Numbered from the stretch's first letter, positions 10,561-23,630 are shown. The stretch is 64,000 nucleotides of DNA from Negaprion brevirostris (GCA_030324005.1 JARDVH010000154.1:4066362-4130361), one strand, 5' to 3'. The notes: a model not told the origin generated them from the letters alone. Translations and numbers: made by a program.

Positions 10561-13500
10561 TGAAACACCCGGTCATTGTGACAAATACAAGATTGTTAAT
10601 TCAGCTATGATAACCAAATTAGACAGAATCATGTCCTGGTCCACAAATGCAGGCTCACCAGTCCAAATTAAAGAACGTGGTTGCCATGTTCTATGACAAA
10701 GTGAAACAGAACAAGGTTATTATTTGCAGTTTTTTTTTCAGACAGTATGGCGACAGTAGGGACGCTAGAGGAGCTCTGTGCTTTTTCCAAGTCGGTAACA
10801 TGGGAACCCATGACTGAAGTAAGGGTTCAGTGGAAATAAGGGGAAGGTTGAAGTTAGAAATGTACCTGTAGAAACAATATATTAGTGTTCAGGAAGAATA
10901 AATATTGACTACACCTCCAGAAATATCCACATTTACAGTAATGCGACAGATAAACAAATACATATAAATATATTAGAACAGTTACATGCTAACTTATGGT
11001 TTTAATTATGACATTAAATTAAGTGGCATTTACAACATCCCTTCTGGGATAGAGAAGTAGCAGTTAACTTAAGGTGAAGTCAAGTATATATATTTGACAC
11101 ACAGGCACCAACTGGACATTAAAAGTTTATGCTTGCTTTATTTGCTAATGGGGATATTTTTCACATTATGATAGTCCAAGGGTGTAGAATCTGCAGTTTC
11201 CAATCCCTGAGCATTCATACAATACTGCATGACAATATACAGCTTAAGTAGCTTGTAGCCTGCAACAAATGATTAACTTTTGTTCTAACTTCACCTCTTG
11301 GTCTTCTGTTGGATTAAAAGAGAAGGGGTTNNNNNNNNNNATAGCCACGTTTCCCTTCATCCGCAGAGTTAATTTAATCCTTTTTAGTTTTAAAATTAGC
11401 TCTCAAAGCAGCAGTTAGATTTGATCTATTTTTCCATTTCGAGCTCCTCAAACTTGTTGTCATCTTGTGTTTCTCAATAATTGGAAATGACAACATATCT
11501 TCCTACAGCTTCGATTTTATGTTCCGGAGTCTTTCCTCTTTTTGTCTATTTTTAATGGAAGATTTTGAGTCCTATATTTGTTCTCAATGTCTCACATACT
11601 TCAATACACTTACTTAGTCTTGTACTCAAATTTGCTCCAGCGAGTTAGAGAATTGGACACAAAAATAAATAATCAAACAAATAAACGAGTAGATTATTTT
11701 ACAAATGAGTATGTGGATGTTGTGTCTCAAGGAAAGGAATCTCACGCTTACAGTACACTTGTGCCGAGCTGCGCACTAAGAGGCCAATCGTTTCGTCATT
11801 TATACATAAACATTAAATCTGACTTTATACACCCCTAAGGTTTTCAACTAAGATCAAATCTCCTGTGCAGACATGTTTTGCAACAGCAATTGAGTTAAAC
11901 TAGTGTTTTTTTTAGAAAAGCAATGGCAATGTAAGTTGTCTGTTTCCCGAGAGTGGAATATTTTATATCTGTCAAATTCAGGCACAGACGCCAATGCAGT
12001 ATAAAAAATCTGTATTAACAGAAAATGAAGTTTTAACTTTGAAATACAATACCCCATGGGGGGCTCACGCTCCCAACTGTAAATATTTAAAGAACAGAAA
12101 AAAATTAAATCTGACGATGACAGATAGGGGCATTTTTATTGACAACTGGCTAACTAATTATAGATTTGGAGCAATTGTCCTTTTCCGCCTCAATTAAATC
12201 TGTTTTCGTGACTCAAGTTAAATGTGTACAGTCCGCACATTTTTTCATCGTCTGGAAGCAATGCCAACGAAATCCGACAGGAACTCAATTGGTTCGCCCA
12301 TTACTAATTCGGGTGGATTCCACACTTCTCACACCGCTTGCCGTCCCCACCCCCGACAAACATATCCTCTAAAATGCAAAGAAAGCACCTTTGTATGGAT
12401 AACTGGACTTAGTCACAATTTGTAACCCAGTAATATTTCAGAGCAGCAACAGGGGATTGTAGCATATTATTGCCACGTGGACGGGGCACGCGTGGGGGCA
12501 ATTTTCCATCCCGAACCTGCAGCAATAATTTCACAGAAATGACTGAGAGCTGCTTGTGAGAGAATAAGCAGAGGATTATCCTGGCTCAAGCTCATTACAA
12601 GGCCCCGGAGTACGGTATTCTGGGCAGCCGTGTAAAACAATTTAAAGCGTGGTGTATTGTAAGTGAGGGGTCGACAAATGTGGATTCATAAGCGTTATAC
12701 AGTGACAGGAGTGCAGTATCTGAATGAAGAACATCACACTGAAACCTGCATCACTAACTCCCAGCAAGACATGTCAATAGCTAACATTGCCTCCTCCAAA
12801 TTAGCGAATTAACCGGGAATACAAATGCAGGACTCAGAACTGTATACAACGCTCCCACACTACATGCAAATCTCTGAGCATGTGTGCAACCCATACTGCA
12901 TGTAACTGCGATCTGAAATCTCATTTACTTTCTATGATGCACCTGAACACAACATTGCATACTTCTACTGATCGACACAATGCAGTGGATATTGTAACCA
13001 AGGTTGCATGCGATATATTTGCGAGTATATGTTCAGTGAGCCTGTTAGAAGTTAAAATTTCTGCTGTCATACTTCATTAGGAAAGTACAGTGGCGAAATT
13101 AGGGATTCGTAACCTGTTGCGAAAAATTGTAGAAACTGGGTTTAGAAATCATACGGCGATAGCGAGGCGTCAAATAAATCTCAATAACAATAGGATTTGG
13201 GGTGTTTTTAATGAACAGTCCTGCCTCACATGTGACTAAGTAAATAGAGAAGTGAAATGACTATAACCACTATTCATGATTACTTTGGCTTCCACAGCTC
13301 ACATCAAGCCGTTCGCTTATTTAACTCTAAAACACAATCTCTTACACAAGAACTTAGGTGGCATTCATGCACGTAGGCATTAGTAAATAGTGCATGCTTC
13401 CAATTTTAACACATACGCCGCTGAGAAGGCAGGATTTAGCTTGGTAAATATGTGTTGAGTTTAAATAACATTTATTTTGCATCCCTTCCCATAAAACCCT

Positions 13501-16500
13501 TGGGGATTTTGAACAATTAAAATAACGCGTATCATCCACAGCATCACAAAGAACATCTTTGCACAGAGTTTTTTAAAAAATATGTTACGTAATTATCTTT
13601 ATCCCGATAATGTTGAAATTTACCACGGAGGTCACAAACGTTCTGAAATGTAAAGCTCAGAATCCAAGAGGCTCAAGATAAGAATTATTGCGCCGATTAA
13701 AAAACACGGAGGCAGTATTGAGTGCAGAACATCGTCTGATGCTGGTGCCTGCTTGGTGAAAACGAGCCATATATAATTCTAAGATATTTTAAATCAGATT
13801 TATACAATTACGGTGACAGCAATTGCAGCAGGAACCCCGCGCAGTGATTGTTTAAGGAAGAATTGCAATTACAACGCTGAATGTAACTGAAGAAACCTTT
13901 TTGAAAGGGTGACATTATTTTTCTAGATTGAAAACACGGTTCAGTAGCGACTCATTAATAGAGCCTCACTGAGCGGGGTTGGGGAGGAGCGGGGGTGGGG
14001 AGCTGGGGGGGGGGTGAGTGGCGGGAGTAGGTGGGTGGAGGGAGGGCGATGGACACTTACGGCAAAATGGCGTCAGAAGACTAATTGCCTGGGAGAAATT
14101 CATGCATATGCTGATCTCTAGAAACTTACGCAAATATATATTGCTGTCTGTTACACGATGCCAAATAATAGTATGGGATTCAACAATAGATAGTCAATGC
14201 TAACGGAAAGTTAGTTCTAAACTAATATTGTAGACTTATGGCTTTGTCCGGCTTATTCCAAGCATTTATAATTCAAAATCTAAATAACGTGACTTTTGCA
14301 TCTAAGGTCCTCACCACTGATTCCAGACTAATGGTTGTGATCTTATCCTCCACGAGTCCCCCACACCCCCCTACCCCCGCTCGCCCAGCACCCTCACCTT
14401 CTCTGTTTCTGCTTTTCTCTTACTCTGTCGTTGGGGGGTCGTTTTCGTTGAAATGTACGTACGTAGGGAATTTTAAATACTGAACTGTCCCATATAGAAC
14501 ATGTTTACTGGGTATATCAGTGAAATTGTAATGTTATCGAATATTCAAATACTTGCATTTGTGTTGCTCCTTTAATAGAAAAAACAAACTTCTTAAATCG
14601 CTCCAGTGATAATATCTACATAGTTCTCAAGAAAAATCTAGATGTATAAATTAACAACCACGTTGGAACATCAACATTTTAGGCCTATTCGAATCTGTTC
14701 ATTTTCAGTTTCTTCACGCGGAGTCCCTATGAGTGACTAACAAGGAAACTTGCCAATTTTCTCTTAGAAAACCGACTGTCAGTAAATAAAGTTAAAGCAA
14801 TGCAAGATGAACTCGAATCTCTGCACAATGGTTGCTAACGATACGGATTCGTATTTGTTACTAAGCGGTCACTGTAGTCTTTTATTTTCCAAGATGGGTA
14901 TATATTAATACATTTAAAACATGATGGAATCTCCATGTTAATTTGAAACGACCCGATTATATTGACTTAAAAATATTAGCCAATTTTGCCAATTGTAAGC
15001 TCGGAGTGCCTCATAACTAATAGATTTCTAACTTAAAATTATGTTGAAACAGAAGTGCATTTCACTCCGGCATATTTCAATTTCTTGCGATATTTCTGCA
15101 TCTTTGATGTAATTTCGTTGCAACGTAACCACTATGCAGTGTTCCAGCCAGACTCCTTTGAAAACCAATCAAAGCTCGATCAGTAGCGTTCAAAGTATAG
15201 TTTAAAACTGCAGAACTTACAGGAAGACGGTGTCATGGTTAAGTTCGGAACTTGGATCCCGGCACTTCTTTTTTACATTTAATTTCGGGATCTCACGTGG
15301 ATGAAATGAATGAAACGCGACACAACGAAACAAACCATGGAACAGGCCACACAATGCACCAGGAATCTACTTTCCGACAGAAATTTTCCCTCGAAACATC
15401 GGTTTACGGCTAACCGCAAGAAATGGAGTCAGTTCACATTTCGGCTCGTGATTAATATGTCCTTTTCTGGCAGCATAAATCAAACTGGCTTAGTCAAGAA
15501 TGCTCCTCTGTATCTAACTATTTGCCTGTCTTTCTATCAACCCGTTTGCTACAATTCTGCCAATTGTAGATGACGTGATAATTTGCCCCCTTTCAGCCCT
15601 TTAATCCATGATTGCAAAACTGTGCAACCTTTTCCCCGGTTAAATTCAAACTTCGTTCAATAAATTGTAGTTTGCTGTTCACCTCTGTTGTGCGAATCTT
15701 TCGATATCCTTGTCTTTTTGTCCCTTGGACTTTTAAATTCAATTCCAATCAACCCTACGCATGTGTCCACTTCAATTCCCTCAAAGTGGAGGCGATATCT
15801 CCGCATCTTCCTTTCCATAGTCTACTTGAGACTCCTCCATGCTCCTTCTGAAGTAAAGCAAAGCTGTTCTGCATAATTCTCCAGGATAATAAACAGAAAC
15901 TCGACACCCGCAAAAGTGAGGCCTGGACATTTCGTCTTAGTTTAAAAATGGTTCAGTAAGATACATGAACACTTCTATAATATAGCCCAACAATAACCTC
16001 TCCTCTCACCTAAATTAAACAACGTTCCAGATTGAACTGTAACCGGCGTTTCTTAAAAGTCATTGATACTTTTAAAGGTACAACTCAGATATGAGAGTGA
16101 TGTGTGCTTGAATTGGAAAATGGCGTCTCCAAATGAAATGTAGATTCCGAGTTCATTAAATTAAATGAGATCTGGCAACTGATTGGGCAATCATCAGTAA
16201 ATTACAGTTTGTTAGCTTCCCATCAGCATCAAGCCAGAGTTCTCGCCGTTTTATAGAACAAAGATAGCAGAATGATCACTGGTCAACACTTCTGACTTAT
16301 TAATGGTCCAAATAAATCCATCCACTGGCCTATTTGTCGGTACCCAACGGCTCTGCAGTGCATCATTTGCACCTATTCCTCTCTGAACTTGTTTCTCACA
16401 AAGAAAAATGCCGAAACTATTCGAAGACGTGTTTTTCCTTATAAATTTGCACACTTAGAGCCGTGAGGACCGAATCCTCCTGCTCTTTTCAAACCCAATC

Positions 16501-19500
16501 CACATTAATGATATGATGATCTCAAGTCCTTAACCCTGGATAAGGGCAAATCAGTTTAAAAAAAACCTCTCGCAGTGGAGACACTTGCAGTTTCAACATT
16601 TACTAAGATTGCAAATGTATCTAAATGTATCTGTCTACAATCTACATCCGTGAAACTGGTCGTTTCCGGCTCAGGTGCAGACGGACAGCAAGAAAGCATC
16701 ATTCCTTTGCAAAACATTCAACTCAAATCACAGAGGATCACCGTTGCATTATTTTCAACCCTTGGTTTATTTGGTAGCGTGTATAACTATAAGGAATTTC
16801 TCTTTCTTCGTCGAGGAACTAACACTGAGTTTGACATTGACGGCTCCTGTTGCAGTCAGTCAGCCGTTCAAACTTTTAAATCTGTCTTTTCAATGTAACA
16901 TCTAAGCTTTAAAGATACTCTAGCATAATGGAAAACTGCATTTCTATTTCTCCGTAAAAAAAGCCTTACATCACTTCGTTTAGATATTTCTCAGCCACCG
17001 TAACAGCAAGGTGTTCTGTCTGTAAATGGAGGAAGAATTATAGATTGGGAACACCTGCAGACCTGTTGTTTAGTTGTCTTGACTTCACTAATTTAAGCTA
17101 TATTTTTTCAGCCCGTTTGAGATTTCATCAAAGCGACATTTACATGACGCAGAATTAAAAGTTGGATTTTAGTCATTGTTCTTATTATTACCGCACCAAA
17201 ATTAAAATATTCATTCAATTAAAGCTTAAATAAAAGTTAAAATGATTTTCTCACTCGCCTGTTTTTCAGTTTTATCAGGTCGAAAAGACTTATACACAAC
17301 CCGATCATCTTAGCCAAGCTAGCAGTCAGAAAAATGCGTCCATGTCAATTCCATCTCAAAGCTAGTTTTAAATCATTACAAACAACGGTATTTTATCTCG
17401 GTAAAGATGGAGAAGGAGAATTTCCATGTAGAATAAAAGGAATAACATAGCTTATTTGTTTTAATTGGTTCCATGTTCGCGTTCTGCTATATAATTTATC
17501 TATATTACTTAATTGTAAGCAAACCTTGCACATCCTTGCCATAAATTTGCCGACTTTGACTTTCTGGTATCATCAAAGTTACATTTTTAACATGAACTTG
17601 GAACAATAAGGACCTTATCTGTCCGTACATGCAACCTTAGGCAGTTATGAGCATTTAATACACATACTACCTTATAAATGACTTTCCAAAGAATATTTGT
17701 GTCTGTAAACTGATTCTGCACAAAATAATTGTGTAACCACCATTCAATCAGTCCAGCACTTAAATAAAGTTGCAACTATTTCACTGCACAAAATTAAATG
17801 TAAGCTCTTCCTCAATAAATATTTTTGGCCGTGTTGCAAAATTAATAAACACTGTCACATTGTTCGAAAATAATGGACTCTTTCACTGTCGCTCGCGAGA
17901 CGATATTTACTCCATAAGCTAGAAGGATTTTGTAAGACATTTACTGAGGATTTTCATGTGGCACTTCACAAGAAATGATGCAAACCTATTAAAAGATATT
18001 CTCCATTACCCGTTTCAATTTAGTCATTGGAATAATGTAATTTAAAAATGGGGCTGGTAATTTCGTAAAGCATGATTTTTATTTTTACAATATAAATTAT
18101 TTGAGAAGCTGTGTATCCCTGTTAGTTGTGCGTTAGTTGTTAACATGCATATCGGGTTAAACATTGCAAAGGCAGAAGAGACTCACCATAAACGTGTACT
18201 AAAGGTCAAAAAGGTCAATAATTTTGCACCGATTATACATCCAATTAGGTAGTCAAAGATTCTGGCTGCTTAAGGTTTGGGAATGATAAGTCTTCGGGAT
18301 TTGTAAATTCTATGCGCAAATTGTCTCCATATCGAAACTATTTTGTCATAGGTTCACACAGCACTGGACAAAGTGGAAAAAGAAGTAGTAGCAGCAACAC
18401 TTCAAACTTCCACTTGAGGTCGCTGTTGCTTCACAAATGAGCCGAAGGAGACCTTGGCCTTTATGCGTCTGCCTGGAATTCAATTCAATTAAATTCAAGG
18501 GTACAAAAGCATTTTTTGTACTTCTATTGGTAGCATTAAAAAACACTAACAAAGTTAGATTCCATAGCACACCACAATTTCAGCTGCTTAGTTCACATCT
18601 ATTTATTATAATTATAAAACAAAATACAAAAATATAACAGCTAAAGAACTCGCCTCCTAATTGCTTCTAATAACATTCACATGTGAATCGCTTTTTTGTC
18701 TACATGTTTTATGATATTTAACTTCTACCGATTTAGAATATGGGGGGAAGCGATCACTGTCTTGAATGGATTGTCTCTTTATATATTATAGAATAACAGA
18801 CCAGTTATTTTTAAAGCTGTGGTTGAAAGGTTGTCTGTGAATTGTTCAGGATATGCCGGGGCTTCCTACCAGGGTCAACGGTTGATGTTGGTATTCATGC
18901 AGTTTTAAGTTACAAAATAGGAAGGTCGGGAAATACATGCCACTTTGAAAGATCACTGTACATTAAACTGTCTTTCATTCTTTACTATTTTTCCAATTAG
19001 CCACTTCAAACTTTCAGACTAACCTTCCTGCTGCTTTCAGTTAGAGACCGACAAAACAAAAACAGACTACTCCACTGATGCAAAACATTTTTATCAGTCT
19101 GCACATTTTTCCCCGATACAACATCCACCAAAGTTCGATTAACATAAAGATAACGAGCAGAATTATCATAATTAGCAGATTAACCTGAAATGATTCAGTC
19201 CTTTAATTGTGAANNNNNNNNNNNCTTTTCAAGGAAGATGGTGAATTCTACACTTGAAATTATAACTGAAACAAAATATTTCTTGCAGAGCGGATCATCT
19301 GCAATACAATATCAGGCAGAATGTTGAGCGTGTTTATTTTTTCGATGCTTTTCTTCAGTATAAGAATAAAAAAAAATTCTGTAATCAGTCTCGAAAATTA
19401 AACATATTAAAAAATATAGAAAGTTTGTGTAAAATCAAACTTTGTTGAAAAACTTGAAACTACTGCCCATGCCAGGGATCGGAAACAAACATTAGAACCC

Positions 19501-20795
19501 CAATAGAGCAGCTGAAAATCAAACAGTTGATTATAAATTGGAGCATTGTTTGTAAACAGCGCAAACCAACAGCAAATTAGGCGAAACTAATCTAACCAAA
19601 CATATAACAAGATACCTGGACTCAGCTGGTTTTAAAGTTAGGAGTCTAAAATAACGAGCTTGGGAGTTCTATCATCGGGTGTTAGCAAAACACCTTACTG
19701 AAATGGAAGATAGAAGCCAAATCAACGCAGTTCGTAGAACATTTGCTCAGTTGCGATATTTGCTGTTCTTTCTGTAATAAGGTGGAATTGCGGAACTAAA
19801 AATCAACGTGGGGGTGAATGCTAAGCAAGAGGCCCCGGGGAATTATACTGCTGCGCGAGAATTCTGAAAATGCAGTGAAGGAGTTAGAGTCCGATATAAA
19901 GGCAGCAGGGTTCTGATTTCCCGAGGTATCTGGATTTTCTGGTTTGCTGGCTGCCAGTAATTTGTCTGATGTGTTATTCCCGCCCTAGCGTGCATCAATC
20001 TCCTGTTTCAATTTAATAAAAGCTTCAATAATCCACACAGGGCCCAAAACATTACGTCCAAGAATCCCTCTTTCGCCAGAGGTAACCTCTGACTACCAGA
20101 AACGTGCAGTCACTCACCTGTCAGATTGTTACGGTCTGTTTAGAGGTTTCCCCCAGACACTCATTTGTTGCTTTAGTGCAGCATTTCTCCAACCCCTCAA
20201 TGACCATGGGCCGTAGGCGCTGTGCTCGTTTCCTCTCGCCGTTCGAATGCCCGCTGCAGAGTTGATAGCAAAGTGCATAATATTACTGCTATTAGGGCTT
20301 GACGCTGATTGCGCCACCCTGCGCATTATGCAGATTTCCTGCCGTTACTGTTAAGCTTTTCANNNNNNCCCTTCGGCTTACACAGGCGGCTGTTGTATTT
20401 ATACGAAGTCGGTGCGGTGTGTACTTTTCGCCTCGTTTAATCAGTGGGATTTATGCCAAGGAAGGTACATTTCAAAATGAGTCGTTAACATGTTATTAAA
20501 GATCAGTGAAATCTAACTGTAGCCATGGCAACGGTTGTTGTCTCTTACTGGCGTAACATGGCAAGGTTACAGAAGACTACCTACTGCGTCAGTCGCTGGA
20601 AGAGTCATCTTCCACACAGATTGTTACTAAATAGATTCACTTTCCGTCAATGGGAAAATCCAGCGCCAATGTTGAACTTTTTTTTATTCTTCTTTCTTCT
20701 GCTTTGAGGCCACTTGGAACCATTAACAGATCGTGAAATTGATCCGTTTGCGGAGTGTTTTAGAAGTTTGTTCTGTTAATGGAATGTGCTTGTCT

Positions 20796-20837
20796 TGACC
20801 TCGGGGTCAAAGGTGACCTTGACCTGAAGGAAGTTCA
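20796..20837. promoter_or_regulatory. nuclear receptor half-site array (DR1 + DR0)
   Basis: TGACCTcgGGGTCAaAGGTGACCTTGACCTgaaggaAGTTCA: six RGKTCA-type half-sites in 42 bp. Confidence 0.6.
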
Positions 20838-22019
20838 AAGACAGTGCTTATTAGACCAGAAGAAGAAAAGGCGGTTAGGCATTTAAAGCAGCTGGATTTT
20901 CTGAGAAAGAGACAGAGAGAAAGAGAGGTAAGATAAAAAGCGAGATGGGAAAGAATGAAGGCGAGACAAGGGGATGAAGAAAAGGAAGATGCGGAGGCGA
21001 GGACACAGAGTGAGAAGGTTAAAAAAATACATGGAAGCAGAATTTTACAGTGAATCGAGCAGCATCCTTGAAGGAAAGAATATTATCATTTTGGGCAGGA
21101 TGATACAATTACTCTTTTAATTATGAATGCTCTGTCATGGTAGTTTTTTTTATTAAGCAGACCAGGCAGCGGGGACAGAAAAAGGCGGAGAGTCAGACAG
21201 TCGGAGGTAGAGACATGAAGATAGAAGTCAGAGAAAGACGTGGAAAAAATGAAAACGGAATCGATAACTGTACATCATGGGGCTGGGGGAGGGGGGGCAC
21301 AGGCTGGGAAGAATGAGATCATAACGTATCACAGAGCCAAAAAATAGAAAATATGGATCATTAATTGAATTGTCAGAAAATGCTTATGTCTCTTTCCCTA
21401 TCACAAGCATCTCGAGGAGGAATCTAAACCTGATTTCATTGATATAAACGCACCAAAACAAATGGACGTGGCAGAGAAATAAATTTAGCCGAGAGATTAA
21501 ACCACAATGATGAACAACGCCCAAATGATCAAAACTCCATCTNNNNNNNNNNNNNNNNNNNNNNNNNNNNNNNNNNNNNNNNNNNNNNNNNNNNNNNNNN
21601 NNNNNNNNNNNNNNNNNNNNNNNNNNNNNNNNNNNNNNNNNNNNNNNNNNNNNNNNNNNNNNNNNNNNNNNNNNNNNNNNNNNNNNNNNNNNNNNNNNNN
21701 NNNNNNNNNNNNNNNNNNNNNNNNNNNNNNNNNNNNNNNNNNNNNNNNNNNNNNNNNNNNNNNNNNNNNNNNNNNNNNNNNNNNNNNNNNNNNNNCCCCT
21801 CGCCACCCCCGACCTTTCAGTAAGAACATGAATTTTTGGATTGATCTTCGTCCAATCAATTAGTTTTAGTTTAAAAAGCAAATAAGTTTGAACTCAACAG
21901 GAGAGGGAGAGACATCTTGTTGTAGCCGACAGTCGCAAAGAAACCATTGGCATCGTGCGTCCCGATGGTTCTTAGCTTCCCCCCACACCCATTTAATGAC
22001 CTCAGTTCAACTTTCCACA

Positions 22020-22440
22020 GACTCACAGACAGGGAGATATAAGGGCGGAGAATAGTGGAGAAAGAGAAAGACACGGACAAGGAGAGAGGGACAAGACACA
22101 GACAAGGAGAGAGAGACAGATACAGACAAGGAGAGAGAGACAGACACAGATAAGGAGAGGGAGAGAGACAGACACAGCCAAAGAGAGAGACAGACACAGA
22201 GAAGGAGAGAGAGACAGACACAGATAAGGAGAGGGAGGGAGAGGCAGACACAGACAAGGAGAGGGAGACAGAGGCAGACACAGACAAGGAGAGGGAGAGA
22301 GAGACAGACACAGATAAGGAGAGACAGACACAGATAAGGAGAGAGAGGCACAGACAAGGAGAGAAAGAGAGACACAGGTAAGGAGAGACAGGCAGACACA
22401 GACGAAAGTATCAGAAACGGACAGGGAAAGGGACACAGAA
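22020..22440. repeat. GA-rich compound minisatellite (GGAGAGAGAGACAGACACAGAY-type units)
   Basis: Directly visible. It produces the spurious SL/SV/CL-rich ORFs 21871-22311, 22007-22687 and 22023-22436. Confidence 0.92.
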
Positions 22441-22589
22441 AATCTTTCAGAATGTTGACAAAGAAATACATCTTTACATCTTTACAAACGTACAGAACGC
22501 ACACCATGTGTACCCTACCTATACGTTGGACACGATTTACGTACATGGCATGGAAATGTCGAGTGCGGTCAGAATGCATAATGGAACCT

Positions 22590-22850
22590 GGTGAGAATAG
22601 ACTAGATACATACCATGTACACAATGGATACAAGTTGGATACATGTTGAGTCGGTGCCAGTGCATGCTGGTCCAATGTTAGGCGCATGATGGGTTTGTTA
22701 GGTGCATAGAGGTTACATGCTGGCTGTGGTCAACATATGATGGGCACATGTTTACTGCACGCTGGTTCCATGATAAGCACGTGGTGTACATCAAGACTAC
22801 ATGTTCAGTACATGTTTGGTACACGCCAGGCGTATGCTAAATACGCGTGC
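22590..22850. repeat. decayed ~11-bp minisatellite (GGTACATGTTG-like)
   Basis: Periodic units such as actacatgttc agtacatgttt ggtacacgcca ggcgtatgcta. Confidence 0.55.
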
Positions 22851-23169
22851 GCAATGTGGTGATTTGAATCATCTTTGCGCATATTGAGTCTTTGTAGCGG
22901 TATGTCCTTTCCATGCGTAAGCTGAAAACATCCAGTGCCAATTCACCACCATTTCTTATAAAAGAAAAATGTTTGTAGAGTGGCACTAGATGAGCAGAAA
23001 TTTCCTCCAACGAAGTATTGGGTAGGCAGAGGCATTACATTCTGTCCCCGCAGAGCCACTGACCTCACTCCTCTCCGAGGAAACTATTTAAGGTTCTCTT
23101 AGACAATACGAAAACTTAATGTCATATTAGGCACCGGAAAGAGCTTGCAAACACATATCCACAACCTCA

Positions 23170-23625
23170 CTAAGACTGTTTGATTCAGCCTCCATAGCAT
23201 TGCCAACGTCATCTCCGCCTCAGCTCATTTACTAGTGAAACCCTAAACTTTCCCTTTGTTACTTCTGGACTTGACTATCCCAAAAGACTCCAGACTGGCT
23301 TCCTGTCTCCTACCGCGCCTCCCCACCCCCCACCATTACCTTGAGGCCATTCAAAAAGGCTCAACTTGGACCAAGTTCAATCCACCTTGTGCTTGTTGAA
23401 CTAACTGATCTCGAGTTAACCAACATCTCAATCGTAAAATTCTCATCCGAATTTAAATATCTCCATAACCTCGCCCCTCCTTATCTCTGCAACCGCCACC
23501 ACCTCCTACTCCAGCAACCTCTCTCCCGAACCTTACATCCTTCCGATGTTAAAACTCATGTAATTCTGGCCTCTTCTACATCCCGATTCAGATACATTAA
23601 AAGCCTAAGCTCGCCTTCCTAAATC
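23170..23625 (+). mobile_element. L2-clade LINE ORF2 3' remnant
   Basis: tttgttacttctggacttgactatccc resembles the L2 FVTSRLDY motif; ctccataacctcgcccctccttatctctg resembles LHNLAPPYL. Confidence 0.65.
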
Positions 23626-23630
23626 TTCCT

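Noticed and set aside
21871-22687. Long ORFs of 137-226 aa rich in Ser/Leu/Val/Cys
   Set aside because: Translations of the GA-rich minisatellite.
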